Shown: piece by piece, positions 60,045 to 64,000 of the stretch
Position numbering within the stretch: the stretch's first letter is position 1
Layout of the letters: each line of letters begins with the position of its first letter
IMG/VR virus record: IMGVR_UViG_3300021254_000023
DNA: 64,000 nt
Reading direction: 5' to 3' (one strand)
Source: an uncultured virus (IMG/VR IMGVR_UViG_3300021254_000023)
Taxonomy: Duplodnaviria > Heunggongvirae > Uroviricota > Caudoviricetes
Notes under the pieces: generated by a model
Seen by the model: the letters and a program-made list of their open reading frames with translations, nothing else
The model's database searches: none
Told to the model about the DNA's origin: nothing
Program-made: the position numbers and the translations under genes

Positions 60045-62351
60045 ATGGCAACAATTAATAGTAAATTTCATTTTTACGATTCAATTGCTAAATTCAACAC
60101 TGCAAAAGCAACCGGTATTCCAACAACATCTATTGTTTTTGTAGATCAACCCTATGTAGCAGCCAAAGGCACTAAAGGTGAAGCTGGATATGAAGAAGCT
60201 ATTCCGGCTCAACAGTTTATTTACACCAATACTAAAACTTTTGCTACAAGTTTTGACCCTGCTACTATTAATGCCGCTATTGATGCCCTTGATGGTCGTC
60301 TTGATACTCTTGAGGGTGGTGCATCTGTAGAAGGTTCTGTCGCTTATGCTGTTAAAACCTTGAGCGATACAATTATGGACCTCCTTGGTGATGGATTTGA
60401 TACGACAAATACTGTCACTAAGAAAGTTGGTGATAATGCTAGTGCTATTGCTACATTAAATGGTGACAATACTACTGCCGGATCAGTAGCTAAATCTATT
60501 AAGGATGCCATTGATGTACTTGATTTCACTGAAGTTGATGCTACTACTACTGGTGAAGCTATTGTTAAAGTATCTGAAGCCAATGGTGTCGTTTCTGCGA
60601 CTAAGGGAGATATTGCTGCTGCACACGTAACTGTTGCTGATTCAGCTGAGAAGTTTACTGCTACTACTGTAGAGGCCGTTCTTGCTGAAATTGATACGGC
60701 TTATAAAGCTGCTATTACTGCTCTTGGTTCTGGTACTGCACAAGGAACTTCAGGACAAGCTATTACCTCTATTACTCAATCTGCAGGCGTTGTTACTGCT
60801 ACCGCTGGAGATATCCAGGCAGCTCACGTAACTATTGCTGATGCTGACAATAAGTTTACTGGTGAAACAGTTGAGGCTGCTTTACAAGAGCTCGGTAGAG
60901 GAGCTAAATCTTACTCTTTCACTAAAGTTACCTCAGGTCTTGAAGCTAATATAAAAGAAGCATACCAGCTTGTAGAAACAGTTAACGGTACGTCTACTGA
61001 TGTTAGTGGTGCCCTGATACCTGTTTACAAAGATAGCGCACTTCAGAGCATTAAATTGCTCCATGCTACCAACGATACTAAGCCAACATACTCTAATGGA
61101 GAGTGGACTGATATCGCCGCCGCATCTCAGACCGAAGCTAACTTGGCTCTTTGCTATGCTTACCTGAATGTAAATGGTCAGACGGTTATTGAGGCAGTCC
61201 CTGTTGGTAGTTTCCTCCGTGAATCTGAATTCAAGAACGGTCTTGAAGTTTCTGGTGGAGAAGTTTCAGTAAAGAAAGACTCTGCTAGTGAGGACTTCTT
61301 GTCAATTAGTGCTGATGGTGTAAAGATTAGTGGTATCGCTAATGCTATTAGCACTGCTGTTAATGCATTAAATGCAGAAATAACAAGTACTGGTGGTAGT
61401 AAAGTTACTGTAGCTGTAACTGAGGCTAATGGTAAAATCACTGCCGTAACAGTATCTGAAACTAATATTGCTAGTAATACTGATCTTAACAGTGAAATTA
61501 CTGCTCGTAAGGCTGTAACTGGTATTAATGCTGACACTTATAGTGCAAATACTAATGCCAACTATATTAACGATGCTACCTCATTAAAGGATGCAGATGA
61601 TAAGCTTGATACTCAAGTTAAAGCTAATGCTGATGCCATTGATACTCTTGATGGTGCTGCTATTAAGAGCATTGCTGTAAACGGTGTAGATGCTACTGTA
61701 AATGATAACGCTGCTTCGGTTACTATTGACGGTGCTGATATTGCTCTGACAGGATATGCTAAGGGAAGTAGCAATTCTGCAGTTGCTGCTACTGATACGG
61801 TTAATGCGGCTGTTGGAAAACTTGAAAATCAGGTTGATAAAGCTCTGGCTGATGCTAAAGACTATGCCGACGATATTACCGTAAACAGTAAAGGTAAAGG
61901 TCAAGACACTCAGAATATACTTATCGATGGTTCCGACATCGCCTTGACCGGATATACTGCTAAATCAGGTGCCGGTAATGGTGATGTAGCTGCCACAGAT
62001 ACAGTGAATGCAGCCATCAAGAAAGTCGAGACTAAAGTAGATAATCTTGATACTGCTAGTCCATTTGAATATGCTACCAACCACGAATCTACCAAGTCTA
62101 CTGTATTGAAGGGTGAGAACCTGACAGCTCAAAATGAGGGTGAGGTTGCCATCGGTAAATGGAATCACTCAGAAACTGGTGCATCTGGTTCTGCTAAGAC
62201 GGCATTCTCTGTTGGTAACGGTACTCAGGGTGCTCTTTCTAATGCATTTGAAGTTCGTGAAAATGGTGATATTTGGATCAATATGGGAAACAACTATCAA
62301 ACACTTCAAAGCATTCTTAGTAACGAGATTGACTGGTACTACGGAGACTAA
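60045..62351 (+). CDS. Tail fibre protein
   Basis: Ala/Thr-rich with internal repeats; C-terminal 'AIGKWN...AFSVGNG...NAFEV..NG' adhesin-head-like segment. Confidence 0.7.
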   Translation: MATINSKFHFYDSIAKFNTAKATGIPTTSIVFVDQPYVAAKGTKGEAGYEEAIPAQQFIYTNTKTFATSFDPATINAAIDALDGRLDTLEGGASVEGSVAYAVKTLSDTIMDLLGDGFDTTNTVTKKVGDNASAIATLNGDNTTAGSVAKSIKDAIDVLDFTEVDATTTGEAIVKVSEANGVVSATKGDIAAAHVTVADSAEKFTATTVEAVLAEIDTAYKAAITALGSGTAQGTSGQAITSITQSAGVVTATAGDIQAAHVTIADADNKFTGETVEAALQELGRGAKSYSFTKVTSGLEANIKEAYQLVETVNGTSTDVSGALIPVYKDSALQSIKLLHATNDTKPTYSNGEWTDIAAASQTEANLALCYAYLNVNGQTVIEAVPVGSFLRESEFKNGLEVSGGEVSVKKDSASEDFLSISADGVKISGIANAISTAVNALNAEITSTGGSKVTVAVTEANGKITAVTVSETNIASNTDLNSEITARKAVTGINADTYSANTNANYINDATSLKDADDKLDTQVKANADAIDTLDGAAIKSIAVNGVDATVNDNAASVTIDGADIALTGYAKGSSNSAVAATDTVNAAVGKLENQVDKALADAKDYADDITVNSKGKGQDTQNILIDGSDIALTGYTAKSGAGNGDVAATDTVNAAIKKVETKVDNLDTASPFEYATNHESTKSTVLKGENLTAQNEGEVAIGKWNHSETGASGSAKTAFSVGNGTQGALSNAFEVRENGDIWINMGNNYQTLQSILSNEIDWYYGD

Positions 62352-62360
62352 TCTATATAT

Positions 62361-62399
62361 GGTGTGTAGAGGAGACTAATCCTCTCCCTACCACCTTTT
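62361..62399 (+). terminator. Terminator-like hairpin
   Basis: GGTG.GTAG-AGGAG...CTC...CTAC-CACC followed by TTTT. Confidence 0.5.
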
Positions 62400-62416
62400 C
62401 TATAAAACAGTAACAA

Positions 62417-64000
62417 ATGGCAAGTGAACTTATTCCTAATAAATTTATATGCTACCAGACTGAGGCTGCGTTTCTCGTAGACAAAAACGCTGGTTATATC
62501 TCGAATAGATCTATTGCATTTGTTCTTGACAAAGAGTATATTTACTTTAGTGGAAAGACCTTTTCTGGTGGTCTAGACCAATCTGCAGTTGAAGCACTTA
62601 TTCCCTCGTCTCTACCTGATCCGAATTCATTAACGGTTCAGCAAAATGCTACCAACGTACTTACGTTCAACGGTTCCGCTGCACAGACACTTAATTTTAA
62701 AGATGGTACTAATGTAACCATAACTGAGGACGCTAACGGAAATATTGTTATTTCTGCAACAGATACTACATATACTAATATGTCAGCTGACGCAGGAAAA
62801 ACTGGGATCGATACTACGGGAAGACTGATTAGTGCTGCTACTTTAAAAGCTATTATTGATGATCGTGGTTATATAACTACTTCTGCTTTAAGTGGTTACC
62901 TACAGAGTGGAGATGTTTCGGTTAGTAAGAGTGGACAAACCCTGACCGTCACTGTTGGTTCTACCAGTGAATCGCTTACTAATACTACCTATGATACTAT
63001 GACTACGGCGGAAGGAACAACTGGCACAGGAACATCCCCTCGTGTCATTACCCCTGCCGTTCTCAAAGCTATTATAGATGATAGAGGATTCTTAACATCC
63101 CACCAATCGTTAGCTGGTTATGCACAAGAAGCCAATCAAAGTGTTTCTAAGTCAGGACAAACACTGACAGTTAAAATAAATGGAACCACAGAGTCCTTAA
63201 CTAACACAGATACTTCCGTTACTTCTGCAGCCAATCACTACACACCATCGAAGAATAGTGATTCGACTCTTACTGCATCTGGTGGAGAAGTGGCTGGTGT
63301 AGGAACAGAGGTTCAGGTAATTACAGGAATAGAGCGTGATGCAAAAGGACACGTGACCGGTATTACAAGTGCTGGTGTAAAAAATACTAATACTGTTTAT
63401 ACTCACCCAACTTTTACAGCTATTACGGGTAGTCCTACAGCAAATCAATCTCCTGGATTCGGTGGTACATTTACTGTTAATCAGGTTAGTCGAAACACTG
63501 AAGGTCACGTATCGGGAATCACAGAACGTACTATCACCATCCCCTCTGCCACAGCTACTACCTCAGCTGCGGGTCTTATGTCTAGTGACGATAAAACAAA
63601 ACTAAACGGTATTGCTGAGGGGGCTCAAGTTAATTCGATAACTGGTGTAAAGGGTAATGCAGAATCCACTTATCGGACAGGTCAAGTCAATATAACTGCT
63701 GCTAACATAGGATTAGGTAACGTTAATAATACAAGTGACGCCAATAAGCCAGTCTCAACAGCTATGAAGGCTGCCCTCGACCTTAAAGTAGATAAAGCAA
63801 CTTTAGATATCTGGGAAGAAACAACTGCAGCAGCTATTAACGATATCCTAGCTGATCCGTTCTCTGAAGTATATAAAGCTATTGATGAATTTAAAGATAA
63901 CTACTATACTGCAGAGGATGTATATGCAGCCGGTCTTAACGATCTGAGGGCCATGATTCTAAACTTACAAGAACAAATAAATAAATTGAAAACAACATGA
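62417..64000 (+). CDS. Tail fibre protein
   Basis: Repeats 'LKAIIDDRG', 'VSKSGQTLTV', 'GHV.GIT'; also 'AGLMS..DKTKLNGI' and one GLGNV repeat. Confidence 0.7.
   Translation: MASELIPNKFICYQTEAAFLVDKNAGYISNRSIAFVLDKEYIYFSGKTFSGGLDQSAVEALIPSSLPDPNSLTVQQNATNVLTFNGSAAQTLNFKDGTNVTITEDANGNIVISATDTTYTNMSADAGKTGIDTTGRLISAATLKAIIDDRGYITTSALSGYLQSGDVSVSKSGQTLTVTVGSTSESLTNTTYDTMTTAEGTTGTGTSPRVITPAVLKAIIDDRGFLTSHQSLAGYAQEANQSVSKSGQTLTVKINGTTESLTNTDTSVTSAANHYTPSKNSDSTLTASGGEVAGVGTEVQVITGIERDAKGHVTGITSAGVKNTNTVYTHPTFTAITGSPTANQSPGFGGTFTVNQVSRNTEGHVSGITERTITIPSATATTSAAGLMSSDDKTKLNGIAEGAQVNSITGVKGNAESTYRTGQVNITAANIGLGNVNNTSDANKPVSTAMKAALDLKVDKATLDIWEETTAAAINDILADPFSEVYKAIDEFKDNYYTAEDVYAAGLNDLRAMILNLQEQINKLKTT

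Noticed and set aside
498..63508. Numerous minus-strand and nested short ORFs in the track
   Set aside because: They lie almost entirely within long plus-strand genes and look like antisense or alternate-frame shadows.
1..64000. Stop-codon reassignment as in Lak or some crAss-like phages
   Set aside because: Very long ORFs are intact in the standard code, and TAG (7344, 9998, 58506), TGA and TAA all end genes at tight junctions.

Overview
A 64 kb stretch of a large, AT-rich myovirus-like (contractile-tail) phage genome. It is almost entirely coding on the + strand in the standard genetic code. A Bacteroidota host is inferred from A-rich start contexts that mostly lack Shine-Dalgarno sequences. 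Gene order: tail sheath and tube; an accessory block (free-standing endonuclease, ferritin/Dps-like protein, YoeB-like RNase, DUF5675 protein, repeat-flanked SF2 helicase-like gene); tail chaperones; tape measure protein; baseplate; holin-like gene; very large appendage proteins; amidase; tail-fibre genes. The strongest hidden feature is a compact 182-nt group I intron (4668-4849) in the tail tube gene, followed directly by a free-standing homing-endonuclease-like gene. Other candidates: a helicase-like cassette between two copies of a 68-bp structured repeat; a shared N-terminal leader on three unrelated accessory proteins; an adjacent phosphatase/CotH-kinase pair of giant proteins; a lysozyme plus SGNH esterase inside the tape measure; a candidate +1 frameshift; and a G11 tract. 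All functional calls come from reading motifs by eye and from gene order. No database search or folding program was run.
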